This document shows positions 39,691-49,574 of a stretch of 64,000 nucleotides of DNA, piece after piece. Under the pieces are notes generated by a model. That model was not told the DNA's origin. It was given only the letters and a program-made list of their open reading frames with translations, and did no database searches. The translations under genes and the position numbers were made by a program. This DNA is from a virus. The DNA lies in IMG/VR virus record IMGVR_UViG_3300028563_000016, positions 1 to 64,000 of that record; one strand, written 5' to 3'. Numbering within the stretch: the stretch's first letter is position 1; every line of letters starts with the position of its first letter.

Positions 39691-40158
39691 ATGTCAAATG
39701 GAATGAAACATTTGGTGAAATGTAGGTGTACATTACCTCAATTCAAAAAGGCGTTTTCACCACCAAATCACCAATTTATTGTATTTTCCGTAATAGACGA
39801 TAGCGATAATGTAATTCCAAAAATTGTTGTTTGTAACAATTGTGGCGTAGTTCACAAAGTGATTGATATCACAAAGTCAGTCATTGTCAACGGGAAAGAA
39901 AATATTACAACGCTTGTAACCGCAGAAGAAATTGCGTGTGGGTTACCTGAAAAGCTTGTTTCAGTTCTTGAAGCAAATAACGTTGACATTCCAACGTGGG
40001 AAGCTGTCAAATTTACATTTGACAATAAACAGTGGGGTAACATGGTCGTGTTGACGGGTGAAACAATAGACGATGAGAGAACAGGAAAATTTATTGTTCT
40101 ATTGAGCGAGACAGCTTTTCGCGTTGAAAACTTCACTCGTAAAGAGGTTGCACAATGA
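39691..40158 (+). CDS. Conserved phage protein with a Zn-ribbon
   Basis: KHLVKCRC.LPQF and CNNCGVVH; start at MSNG. Confidence 0.6.
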   Translation: MSNGMKHLVKCRCTLPQFKKAFSPPNHQFIVFSVIDDSDNVIPKIVVCNNCGVVHKVIDITKSVIVNGKENITTLVTAEEIACGLPEKLVSVLEANNVDIPTWEAVKFTFDNKQWGNMVVLTGETIDDERTGKFIVLLSETAFRVENFTRKEVAQ

Positions 40159-40409
40159 TGTACGGCAAACTTAGTTCTGAAAAGTTTTCAGAAGAAAATG
40201 AACAGTGTAGGGAAATTCTTGGTGAAATTGTTAATTTTGGTGTGTCTGATAGACAAAAACTTTTCATAATTTATTTGCTCGCTCTGGAATTAGAAGACGT
40301 AGAAAAGATGCAAAACATCGCATCTTTTATGAAAGAATTTTATGGTAGCGAAATTTTTCTAACTGAACACTATGAAAGCGAGAACGAAAATGGGACGTCA
40401 AGCACTTGA
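40155..40409 (+). CDS. Hypothetical protein
   Basis: Translationally coupled 84-aa ORF. Confidence 0.55.
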   Translation: MMYGKLSSEKFSEENEQCREILGEIVNFGVSDRQKLFIIYLLALELEDVEKMQNIASFMKEFYGSEIFLTEHYESENENGTSST

Positions 40410-40989
40410 GTGTACAAAGAATGCAACAACAAATAGTTCAGCGCTTGAGAGCATGCTTGTGCAGTCTCAGTCTCCGGACATGCGTGTCATAACGTTATAC
40501 GGAGACGTTAATGAACAATCAATTTCTACTACAATAGAAAAATTAATTTGGCTTGACAGTCAAAGTCACAAAGACATTCACCTCATAACTTCAACGTATG
40601 GAGGTGTAATACATGATATGATGGCTTTGTATGACACGTGCATGTTACTGAAGTCTCATGGAACTCAAGTTTGTACGGTTGGAATTGGAAAGATCATGAG
40701 CGCAGGTGTGTTAATTTTGGCTTGTGGTGCAAAAGGAAAGCGTCTCATTGGACGCACTACAACCGTAATGATGCACGGTGCAAGTAGTGGTACTGTGGGA
40801 AACGTGTTTGAAATGGTGAATGAAGTCACCGAAGCAAAAAGGATTAATGATCTGATGGTTGAATTGTTAGTTGAAAATACAAAGATGTCAAAGTCATACA
40901 TTGAAGACATGTTCAGTAAAAAACTTGACAAGTACATTGATGCAGAAAAAACAATTGAACTAGGAATTGCTGATAAAATCATTGGGTAA
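40390..40989 (+). CDS. clpP: ATP-dependent Clp protease proteolytic subunit
   Basis: STYGG, GKIMSAG (catalytic Ser), MMHG (His) and DKYIDAE...LGIADKI. Confidence 0.9.
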   Translation: MGRQALECTKNATTNSSALESMLVQSQSPDMRVITLYGDVNEQSISTTIEKLIWLDSQSHKDIHLITSTYGGVIHDMMALYDTCMLLKSHGTQVCTVGIGKIMSAGVLILACGAKGKRLIGRTTTVMMHGASSGTVGNVFEMVNEVTEAKRINDLMVELLVENTKMSKSYIEDMFSKKLDKYIDAEKTIELGIADKIIG

Positions 40990-41006
40990 TGTGGTAAAAT
41001 ATTCTT

Positions 41007-42554
41007 GTGAATATAACAATTGACGATTGGAAACAGCATTTTCCATATGACAACATTCGTCCTCAACAGGAGGATGCAATTAATTTTGTTCTTGATGCAT
41101 TTTTGAACAAAAAAAAGAAATTTTGTGTGTTGGAATGTGCCGTTGGTGTAGGAAAGTCAGCAATTGGAATAACGGTTGCAAGATTTCTGCGTGCAAGTAC
41201 ACATTTGAAAGTTAATTATGCGCTTGGTTCATACGTTTTGAGCACGCAAAAAGTCTTGGTGTCACAGTATACACGAGACTTTGGACCCAAGAATAGAAAT
41301 CTAATTAGAGAAATATCGTCCGCGAGCAATTTTACGTGTGCTCACAATCCTACACAAAAATGCAGTGAAAGCAAACGTATTTTAAAAGCTCTTAAAGAAA
41401 AGTTACAAGGGACTGAATTTTACAATACGTGTAAAAATAGGTGTCCATATACACTTGCAAAACAAGATTTTTTAAATGCTGACATTGGTGTGACGAACTT
41501 TTCGTATTTTCTTGCAGAAACAAAGTATGCGCATCAACTTGAACCCAGATCGTTAGTCATCGTGGATGAATGTCATTCGCTCGAGAATGTTTTAAGCAGT
41601 TTTGTTGAAATAACGTTTTCTGAAAAGTTCGCTAAAGACGTGTTGAATTGTAAGTTTTCAAAACGTGCAGCAACACAAGAAGAAGTTTTTGATTGGGTGA
41701 AGAAAAATTATAAGCCTTCATTGAGTAGAAAAATCAAAGCGCTTGAAAAGCAAATTGAAATTGAAATTGCAGGTTCAGAAGATTTGACTGTTGAAACTGC
41801 AAATAGCAAACAATTTGAGATGCTTGATAAACACATATGTAAAATCAATCGTTTTATTGAGGCATATGAACCTGATAATTGGGTGATGAACGTAGTTGAT
41901 GTGCAGGCGGGAGACAAAAAACTACGTCGTTATGAATTCAAACCTGTTGATATATCACCGTTTTGTGAAGACTATTTGTACAAGTATGGCACTGATCACG
42001 TGTTGCTGATGTCAGCGACAATAATGAACAAAGAAGCATATTGTCGATCAGTTGGAATCAAACCTGCTGATGCCGAATTCTACACCGCACCTTCACCGTT
42101 CCCGGTAGAAAATAGACAAATTCACATAATTCCCGCGGGTAGCATGTCGTATCGTTGTATTGATAACACATTACCCATTCTTGCTGAAGCCGTAAAAATG
42201 TTATTAGAACGTCATAAAGACGTCAAAGGGATGATTCATTGTGTTGATAAAGATACGCTTGTGACAATGAGTAATGGATCATATAAAAAAATTGTAGACG
42301 TTAAACAAAATGATAATATTTTAACATATAATGAAAATACTTCAAAATTTGAAAATCAATCCGTTATTGATGTTTGGGAAAATGGTATGAAAAATTGTAT
42401 TGAAATTGAATTTAAAAATGGAAATCGTGTTATATGCACACCTGAACATTTGTTTTTAACAAGAAATCGTTCTTGGGTACAAGCACAGTTTATAACTGAA
42501 TATGATGACGTAATCATATTGAAACGTCCCAATTGTGGGATAAACAACGTTTAA
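41007..42554 (+). CDS. DinG/Rad3-like SF2 helicase N-terminal part fused to an N-intein
   Basis: Q-motif RPQQ, Walker A GVGKS, Fe-S-type Cys cluster, DECH and MSAT; the intein begins at residue 412 (CVDKDTLV). Confidence 0.9.
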   Translation: MNITIDDWKQHFPYDNIRPQQEDAINFVLDAFLNKKKKFCVLECAVGVGKSAIGITVARFLRASTHLKVNYALGSYVLSTQKVLVSQYTRDFGPKNRNLIREISSASNFTCAHNPTQKCSESKRILKALKEKLQGTEFYNTCKNRCPYTLAKQDFLNADIGVTNFSYFLAETKYAHQLEPRSLVIVDECHSLENVLSSFVEITFSEKFAKDVLNCKFSKRAATQEEVFDWVKKNYKPSLSRKIKALEKQIEIEIAGSEDLTVETANSKQFEMLDKHICKINRFIEAYEPDNWVMNVVDVQAGDKKLRRYEFKPVDISPFCEDYLYKYGTDHVLLMSATIMNKEAYCRSVGIKPADAEFYTAPSPFPVENRQIHIIPAGSMSYRCIDNTLPILAEAVKMLLERHKDVKGMIHCVDKDTLVTMSNGSYKKIVDVKQNDNILTYNENTSKFENQSVIDVWENGMKNCIEIEFKNGNRVICTPEHLFLTRNRSWVQAQFITEYDDVIILKRPNCGINNV

Positions 42555-42672
42555 ATGAACTTGGAATATTATGAAAATTAAGTCAAAAAAATATGTCGGA
42601 TTACGATTAGTTTACGATATGACAGTTAATAAAAATCATAATTTCATTGCAAATGAAGTTGTAGTTCATAAT
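42240..42672 (+). mobile_element. Naturally split intein (IntN 42240-42551, IntC 42571-42672)
   Basis: Block A CVDKDTLV, block B CTPEHLFLT, stop; new ORF MKIKSKK..VYDMTV..NHNFIANEVVVHN|C. Confidence 0.92.
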
Positions 42673-43101
42673 TGTCAAACTTACAAAATTGCAACATTCA
42701 TAAAAGATTATGTAAATTCTGATAGAATTTTGTTACATAATTCTGAAAATCGTGATGCAGTGTTAAAACAACATATGAAATCAAATAAACCAACAATTTT
42801 ATTGTCTCCTTCGATGGCTGAAGGAATAGATTTGTTTGACGACAATAGTAGATTTCAAATTCTTTGCAAAATTCCATATCCGTTTTTAAAAGACAAAGTG
42901 GTGTTAAAACGAATGGAAAAAGACAAAGAATGGTATGCATATCAGACAGCAAAGACAATAGTACAATCTTTAGGAAGATCAGTTAGAAATGAAAAAGATT
43001 TTGCGGTGAGTTATATTCTTGATAGTGATTGGAAGCGTTTTTACGCTCAAAATAAACATATGTTTCCCACTGATTTCGTGCAACTTCTCATTGCGGAGTG
43101 A
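42571..43101 (+). CDS. C-intein fused to the helicase C-terminal domain
   Basis: After HN|C: LLSPSMAEGIDL, KIPYP, QSLGRSVR and YILDS. Confidence 0.9.
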   Translation: MKIKSKKYVGLRLVYDMTVNKNHNFIANEVVVHNCQTYKIATFIKDYVNSDRILLHNSENRDAVLKQHMKSNKPTILLSPSMAEGIDLFDDNSRFQILCKIPYPFLKDKVVLKRMEKDKEWYAYQTAKTIVQSLGRSVRNEKDFAVSYILDSDWKRFYAQNKHMFPTDFVQLLIAE

Positions 43102-43454
43102 TTATGCCAAGATTAAAACACAAAGTTTTAAAGTACGATCAAGTCGAAAATGATCCCGACAATGATGATCAGGTGAGCATCATGTCAATGTGGCGTGTCG
43201 TTGAAGACACCGTTGCTGCAATTCGTCTAGATGTTGCAAAATGTGCAAATGGAAGTATAGTTGCCGGCAGACGTTCACGAGTTGGGTTACGTAATATAAA
43301 GAACGTCGTTATGATACTCATACGTGAGACAAACAAACGAAACAAACAATCAATTAATCGTCGTCGTAAATATCGCGAAGAGAACGGCATTCAGCCGATG
43401 AATAGGGTGAAGTATCTCAAAAAGAAGTCAAAGATTAATGAGGAAAATAATTAA
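43098..43454 (+). CDS. Hc1/histone-H1-like DNA-binding protein
   Basis: DVAK..NG...AGRRSRVGLR.IK; basic tail. Confidence 0.6.
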   Translation: MIMPRLKHKVLKYDQVENDPDNDDQVSIMSMWRVVEDTVAAIRLDVAKCANGSIVAGRRSRVGLRNIKNVVMILIRETNKRNKQSINRRRKYREENGIQPMNRVKYLKKKSKINEENN

Positions 43455-43457
43455 AAC

Positions 43458-43751
43458 ATGGCAAATTTACGCACCCATCGCGCAGTGTTGGCTGACATAA
43501 TTGATTTACACCTTGATCCTACAAAACCACATACAATTGTTGGTAAAGATGGAAGATTAAAAATCTCGAATTTGTGGCATGATGAATTAGTTATCACGCC
43601 GACGATTTTTACTGACGAAACAGTCGAAGCTCCAGTTACTGACGAAACAGTCGAAGCTCCAGTTACTGACGAAACAGTCGAAGCTCCAGTTACTGACGAA
43701 ACAGGCGTTGTCGTAGTTGGTCGTCGTAGAAACAAGAAGACTACGAAGTAA
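43458..43751 (+). CDS. Hypothetical protein with TDETVEAPV repeats
   Basis: Conserved-looking N-terminus, acidic repeats, basic tail. Confidence 0.6.
   Translation: MANLRTHRAVLADIIDLHLDPTKPHTIVGKDGRLKISNLWHDELVITPTIFTDETVEAPVTDETVEAPVTDETVEAPVTDETGVVVVGRRRNKKTTK
43611..43704 (+). repeat. Perfect 27-bp coding tandem repeat, about 3.5 copies
   Basis: ACTGACGAAACAGTCGAAGCTCCAGTT at 43611, 43638 and 43665, partial at 43692. Confidence 0.95.
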
Positions 43752-43968
43752 TAAATTTACAAATTTTATTAATAATTTCTTTTTCTTGCTGCCCCGTGCT
43801 GATGCGATTATTTCCTATCGCTTTTCCAATGTCGTGAAGAGTGTGTGGCCCGTTGTTGACGGCAAGTATCATACAATTGTAGTTTTCAGAGAAACTGCAC
43901 CATTGTTTACATGATGTATTTTTGCAAGAGACATTATTTGTTGAACAGTTTGAATAACATGTTGTCAT
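43741..43968 (-). CDS. Cys-rich protein with a sigma region-4-like HTH
   Basis: Cys-rich N-terminus; GPHTLHDIG..IG..R....Q.EKE...KI. Confidence 0.6.
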   Translation of the reverse strand: MTTCYSNCSTNNVSCKNTSCKQWCSFSENYNCMILAVNNGPHTLHDIGKAIGNNRISTGQQEKEIINKICKFITS

Positions 43969-43996
43969 ATGGTATAGTTAAATAATAGGATAAGTT

Positions 43997-45358
43997 GTGC
44001 ACCGGTACAACAAAGAAAGCAGGCTCAACGTGGTGAAAACGTACGTTTTAGATACTAACGTTTTACTGAGCGATGCATATGCATTGTTTGCGTTTGAAGA
44101 CAACAATGTGATCATTCCAATGATAGTGTTGGAAGAACTTGATAAATTTAAGACACGTCAGGACGATGTTGGTAAAAATGCGCGCCTTGCAAACAGATTA
44201 TTAGATGAACTTAGAGAAGTAGGATCATTGGTTGATGGCGTGAAACTTCGTTGTGGTGGAACACTTCGAGTTATTTTAACAGATAATGAAATGTTGTGTT
44301 GTTTACCTGTTGAAATGCAACAACATCCGACCGCAGACAATTCAATAATCGCATTAGCGCTTGCGTTTAAAGATTCGCACCACATGCTAACAATGGTATC
44401 AAAAGACATTAACATGCGCATCAAGTGTGATGTGTTACGAATTAGGTGTGAAGATTATAAACACCTGCGCGTCACGGACGCGGAAGACAAATTATATACA
44501 GGCGTAAAAGTTCAAGTCGTTCCAGATGATGTTGTACAAGCATTTTATGATGACAATTTCTTAGATTTGAGTGACTATTGTTCATTATACCCAAATCAGG
44601 CTGTTGTGCTTAAGAGCGAAGATGAACAAAAAAAGACGATTAGATCTGTGCTTGCAAAGTGTAAACCAATTGCATCATCAAAAGACGTGATTGTTCCAAT
44701 TGCAAAAATTGGTGATGTGTATGGTTTACGATCAAGAAATAAGGAACAAGCGTTAGCGTTAGACATGTTATTGGATAATGACGTAAAGCTTGTGACGTTA
44801 GCGGGCAGAGCCGGCTGTGGGAAAACGTTATTGGCGTTAGCAGCCGGATTACAACAATTAAAGAAAAAATATTCTAAAATTATTGTTACACGTCCAATTC
44901 AACCATTAGGAAAAGATATCGGATTTTTACCGGGAACCATGGAAGAAAAAATGGCGCCGTGGATCGCCCCAATTAGGGACAATATCGGATATCTGATGAG
45001 TGCAAAAAATTCAAAAAATAATTTAATGCTCGACGCTATGTTGAAAAAGGGCGAAATTGAAATTGAAGCAATTACGTACATTCGTGGTAGATCAATTCCA
45101 AATGCGTTTATTATTGTAGACGAATGTCAGAATATTACGTTACATGAGCTTAAAACAATTTTGACTCGCGTGGGTGAAGGATCAAAGGTAGTTTTGACTG
45201 GCGACGAAAGTCAAATCGATAACGTGAACGTTGATATGTTTTCAAATGGTCTTACGCATGTCATTGAGAAGTTCAAGGATCAACAAATTGCTGCACATAT
45301 TAAATTAATTAAAGGCGAAAGATCGCAGCTTGCAAGCCTTAGCGCTGATATCTTATGA
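43997..45358 (+). CDS. phoH: PIN-domain PhoH-family ATPase
   Basis: YVLDTNVL (PIN), GRAGCGKT, IGFLPG, YIRGRS, DECQN and GDESQID. Confidence 0.95.
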   Translation: MHRYNKESRLNVVKTYVLDTNVLLSDAYALFAFEDNNVIIPMIVLEELDKFKTRQDDVGKNARLANRLLDELREVGSLVDGVKLRCGGTLRVILTDNEMLCCLPVEMQQHPTADNSIIALALAFKDSHHMLTMVSKDINMRIKCDVLRIRCEDYKHLRVTDAEDKLYTGVKVQVVPDDVVQAFYDDNFLDLSDYCSLYPNQAVVLKSEDEQKKTIRSVLAKCKPIASSKDVIVPIAKIGDVYGLRSRNKEQALALDMLLDNDVKLVTLAGRAGCGKTLLALAAGLQQLKKKYSKIIVTRPIQPLGKDIGFLPGTMEEKMAPWIAPIRDNIGYLMSAKNSKNNLMLDAMLKKGEIEIEAITYIRGRSIPNAFIIVDECQNITLHELKTILTRVGEGSKVVLTGDESQIDNVNVDMFSNGLTHVIEKFKDQQIAAHIKLIKGERSQLASLSADIL

Positions 45359-46245
45359 CAGTAATTAAAATTGAGAAAAAAGAAAAAACATGTGGTCGAA
45401 ATATACGATTGATGTGTGATGAATGTAAATGTGAATTTATAAAAACATATCAAAAGGTTCAAATAGAAAAAGTGTATCATTTTTGTTCACAAAAATGTCA
45501 TTATAATGCACAAAAGGATGGTCATATATTACAACTTGCGTTTTTAACAAAATATGGTGTTTCAAATAATTTTGCTAGGCAAGACGTTGTTGAAAAAATT
45601 AAAGAAACTACGTTTGCAAATTATGGCGTTACGAACATATCGCAAGATGAAAATATAAAACGAAAAAAAGAAGAGACGTGTTTTAAACATCACGGAGTTT
45701 TATATCCTTCACAAGATCCAATTATACTTACAAAACAACGTCAAACGTTTTTTGAAAATAATGGAGTGACAAATTGGCATGATCTTTGTGTTAAACGTGG
45801 AACAGTATTTCATGCATACGATCATGAAAAAATACGAATAAAAGCATTAGAAACTCGCATTACAAATTCATCATTATTTACGTCAAAAGCAGAAAAAGAA
45901 TTCATTGAACGTCTTGATATATTATTTATTGATAACGTTCATTCAAAACGCGTCAAAATGTGGCCAATTGATTGTTATGTCACATCATGTGATGTTTATG
46001 TGCAACATGATGGTGAACATTGGCACGGATTACAACAAAAATCATTAAAATATGACAAAGTATGTGAACAAGTAAAACGTGATCGTATTCAAGATGAATA
46101 TTTTACAATAATGAACATGAAGTTAGTTCGTATAGCAAGTTTAATAGCAAAAAAGATATCAAATGATGAACTACGTGATTTAATCGTGAATGCAAAAGTG
46201 GGTGTCACGTACGTTTACGGTGACGCAAAAGTTCCCGTTTTGTAG
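45355..46245 (+). mobile_element. Free-standing PD-(D/E)xK homing endonuclease (Zn-finger and YGV repeats)
   Basis: CDEC..FCSQKC, repeated K/NYGV, SKAE and ID.Y...YVQHDGEHWHG. Confidence 0.75.
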
Positions 46246-46251
46246 CACGTC

Positions 46252-46259
46252 ATACTTAT
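46252..46259 (+). promoter_or_regulatory. Putative late promoter ATACTTAT (representative copy)
   Basis: Same or near-identical octamer directly upstream of several late-type genes (33832, 39364-39371 minus, 59513, 62042, 538, 3645). Confidence 0.55.
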
Positions 46260-46263
46260 AAAT

Positions 46264-47235
46264 GTGTCAGGTATTTTAGATAATAAGACGCGTATATTAG
46301 ACACTATTATCACGCAGCAAGGTCGTGAACAACTTTCAATGGGGAAGTTGAAGATACGATATGTGTCGTTCACCGATTGTCACACTTTTTATAAAGCTGA
46401 TATTGTTAGCGGAACTCAAGATGCTGCTTCACGAATATATCTTGAAAGTTGTTGCTTACCACAAGATCAAATTACCTTTGAGGCAGACGATAGTGGCAAA
46501 ATAATGCCATTTGGAAATTCATCAAACGTTCAAATAAGAGCAGGCCAAGCGTATCATTTTACACCTGTGACGAGCAGTTTTATTGCAGGTAATTATGCGC
46601 CTGTATTTTACACAGGTGACGAATTCGCGTCATTAGCCGATGATTTGCTAGCATCATCAATAGATAATTTTACAAAATTACAGTTGGTTGGAACATTTGA
46701 TAAAGTGTTTGACGAAGACGGGTTTGGCGTTAGTAACAATGATGTAACGTTCGTAATTAACAACAACAAACCAGTAAAATATGGTTCAGAAACAGTAAAT
46801 TTAACATCACTCGACAGTTTATTTAATGATGCAAGATTTAGTAATTTAGAAAATTTTAAATTTTTGCCACCAATCAATAAAATTCAAAGCGCAATAGATA
46901 AATCTAACATTAATCAAACAAAGGATACGTGGTTAGGTCATTATAAACCTTTAGGCAGAATTCAAAATAATTCAATTACGTCAGGACAAATTGAAGGCGA
47001 ACTTGCTCATTATGAGCAACAAGGTTTCGCAAGAGAGGTGTATTTTGAACCAACATCAAAAAACAACAGATTAATGTTACAGTTTTTTGAGGTTACAAAT
47101 GATACAATGAAAAAACTTGACGTTGTTGATTTTGGTGTTCTTGGTAACAAGAAATATTTTTTTGTTGGAAAAATTTTTACAGATGCAAATAACGTAAACA
47201 CGTTTGTTCATTTGTTTACAATGGTGTTTTCATGA
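46264..47235 (+). CDS. Virion structural protein (baseplate/tail region)
   Basis: GILDNKTRILDTIIT..GREQL, related to the N-terminus of 56014..56730; ATACTTAT upstream. Confidence 0.6.
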   Translation: MSGILDNKTRILDTIITQQGREQLSMGKLKIRYVSFTDCHTFYKADIVSGTQDAASRIYLESCCLPQDQITFEADDSGKIMPFGNSSNVQIRAGQAYHFTPVTSSFIAGNYAPVFYTGDEFASLADDLLASSIDNFTKLQLVGTFDKVFDEDGFGVSNNDVTFVINNNKPVKYGSETVNLTSLDSLFNDARFSNLENFKFLPPINKIQSAIDKSNINQTKDTWLGHYKPLGRIQNNSITSGQIEGELAHYEQQGFAREVYFEPTSKNNRLMLQFFEVTNDTMKKLDVVDFGVLGNKKYFFVGKIFTDANNVNTFVHLFTMVFS

Positions 47236-49574
47236 CATATTACACTTACGCTAAAACAAAAATGTTAAATGTAGATAATACGTTTGCACATCTTGTTGCA
47301 ATGAATGATGATACATTAACGTTTGAATTCACGTACAGCGTGTCACAAGTCGACGTCGTTGTAAACAATGCATTAGCAGTCATTGTTTACGTGTACACAC
47401 AATCTGTAACACCTAGTTCGATACAATCGATAACAAACACACGCAATGCACAACAAGTTGTTTCTTCATTACAATCATACGTGTCAGATGTTAAAAAATC
47501 AATAAATGAACAAAAACAATACATTATAGCAACAAAAAGATCTGATATATCAGCATATGTTAATAACTCGGTATTATCAGAAATTAATTCAGGTTTTTCA
47601 AAGAATGACATATTTTTGCTTCGAAAGACAAAGTTAGCGCTGGCACAAGATACTTCTTTACCAACAATAACATTTCCACAAGATAGTGAAAAGTACACCA
47701 CGAATGATGCAATGACATTTATGAAAAATCTCATTCTTGATGGAATTGATCCAACAAAAGTTTTAGATTTAACAGATTTATCAATTTCGGCACACGATAG
47801 TATTGCAGGAACATCTAAAAATGTTAAAATTGATGAATTGATGACGTTAAAGAAATTACAAGATTTTTATCTCTATTCAGACACACAACAAAAAAGTGTT
47901 AACTACGCATTAGTAAATGCTCCTGATGATACAATTGAAGTTTCAATGTATGTTGCAGTCCCTAGAAACAAAATTAGCTCATCAAAGTTATACGTTAGAT
48001 TTGATTTAATCAATTCAACAACAATGTGCATTGATACTATTACGAGAGATTTTGATGTTACAAAACATATGCAAATATTTTCAATGCCCGTAATTTCACC
48101 AACGGTTTTGTTTAAGCGATCAACATCTGGCGAATCGCAATTAGAAATAAGACAAAATGATGAAAAGGCAAAAAGTATTAAACTTTATAAGAAAGTAATT
48201 TCGACGGTTAGTGCTGATTCAAATAACGGCTATTCGTTTTATAATGAATATAAATTAAAAAAAGCTGAAACCATTAAAGTACCCGTTAGTGAATGTGTTA
48301 ATTCATTTGCAGTTTATAGAGCAATTTCAACAGGAGAACAAAATAATATTAGTGATACGTTTACAAACGTTGTTGTTTCACCACGATTTTACGTAAATGA
48401 AAAAAATGTTGTTATTAATACTTTACAAATTGAGAATGGTATAAAGGTTTGCATTAGCAATATTCCAAATCGTGTTGTGTCTGTTGAAATTGTAGTGAGA
48501 AATTTATCTTATCATGAGGTTACATACAAAAATGTTGATAAACAAGTTCATTATGTGTCAAAGCTAATGTCTGTTGCAAAAGCAGGAATAGTCAACATTG
48601 ACAAAAACGTTAATAAAGGAAATGTATATGAATATGCGGCAAAACTAACATATTCTACTGGAGAATGGGTAATTACGGGATCTTGTATAGTTGAATATAT
48701 TAAGTCAGAAACTAACAAAATTTTTACAAATATTCAAAATGTTAAAATTGATTCAACAAATGTAGATGTGTCATTCGACATATCAACAAAAATATCTGAT
48801 ACCGACAATACGAACGTAAAAACATTATTGGAGGCCGCAGGAATAACACAATATGATGATATGTTAATAACAACTCGTGACGCTCTAAGCGTTTTAATAG
48901 CACACAATGTGCAACGCGTTGATCTAACATCAGGCGTTAGATCTGATTTTGGAATAATTACGGGCAATAATTTTATTGACAGTGCATTTGCAATAAACAA
49001 TTCAATTGAAAAATTGCAATCAACACATTCATACCGTTACGAAGTAATGCCATTGTTACGATCATCAGACACATTATTTTATGATTTATTAAAATCAGCA
49101 GTTGATGTAGAAACAAAAAAATCATTCAATTACAGTCCTGCAAAATATTTGAATCCACTCTCACTAGACAACGGAACGTTATATTCGAGCGATGGCATAA
49201 AACAACTTAATGCAAAAGATCAAATGTCATATGGTGCGATTGGAAATGTAATTACGACAAATGTTGTTTTCAATGAGATAGTTTCAATATCTACATCGAT
49301 CACGCTAGAACGCACAGATAGATATACAAACGTAATTAACTGGAAAGCTGCAAACGAACTATCAACAATTGATCATTTTATGATAATATTAAATAACATG
49401 AACGTCAAAACAATCGTTGGTAGAGTTCATTCACAATCTGAAAATTGTCAATTTACACACACATTAACAAAACAAAATATTGGAGCGTTACAATATGAAA
49501 TAGTTCCTGTGTTTAATGATTATAGTTTGGGTTCTTTTGTTAATACTGACACAATCTTTATAGAGGACATATGA
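47232..49574 (+). CDS. Large beta-rich putative structural protein
   Basis: 780 aa, coupled operon, FN3-like Y.Y patterns. Confidence 0.55.
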   Translation: MTYYTYAKTKMLNVDNTFAHLVAMNDDTLTFEFTYSVSQVDVVVNNALAVIVYVYTQSVTPSSIQSITNTRNAQQVVSSLQSYVSDVKKSINEQKQYIIATKRSDISAYVNNSVLSEINSGFSKNDIFLLRKTKLALAQDTSLPTITFPQDSEKYTTNDAMTFMKNLILDGIDPTKVLDLTDLSISAHDSIAGTSKNVKIDELMTLKKLQDFYLYSDTQQKSVNYALVNAPDDTIEVSMYVAVPRNKISSSKLYVRFDLINSTTMCIDTITRDFDVTKHMQIFSMPVISPTVLFKRSTSGESQLEIRQNDEKAKSIKLYKKVISTVSADSNNGYSFYNEYKLKKAETIKVPVSECVNSFAVYRAISTGEQNNISDTFTNVVVSPRFYVNEKNVVINTLQIENGIKVCISNIPNRVVSVEIVVRNLSYHEVTYKNVDKQVHYVSKLMSVAKAGIVNIDKNVNKGNVYEYAAKLTYSTGEWVITGSCIVEYIKSETNKIFTNIQNVKIDSTNVDVSFDISTKISDTDNTNVKTLLEAAGITQYDDMLITTRDALSVLIAHNVQRVDLTSGVRSDFGIITGNNFIDSAFAINNSIEKLQSTHSYRYEVMPLLRSSDTLFYDLLKSAVDVETKKSFNYSPAKYLNPLSLDNGTLYSSDGIKQLNAKDQMSYGAIGNVITTNVVFNEIVSISTSITLERTDRYTNVINWKAANELSTIDHFMIILNNMNVKTIVGRVHSQSENCQFTHTLTKQNIGALQYEIVPVFNDYSLGSFVNTDTIFIEDI

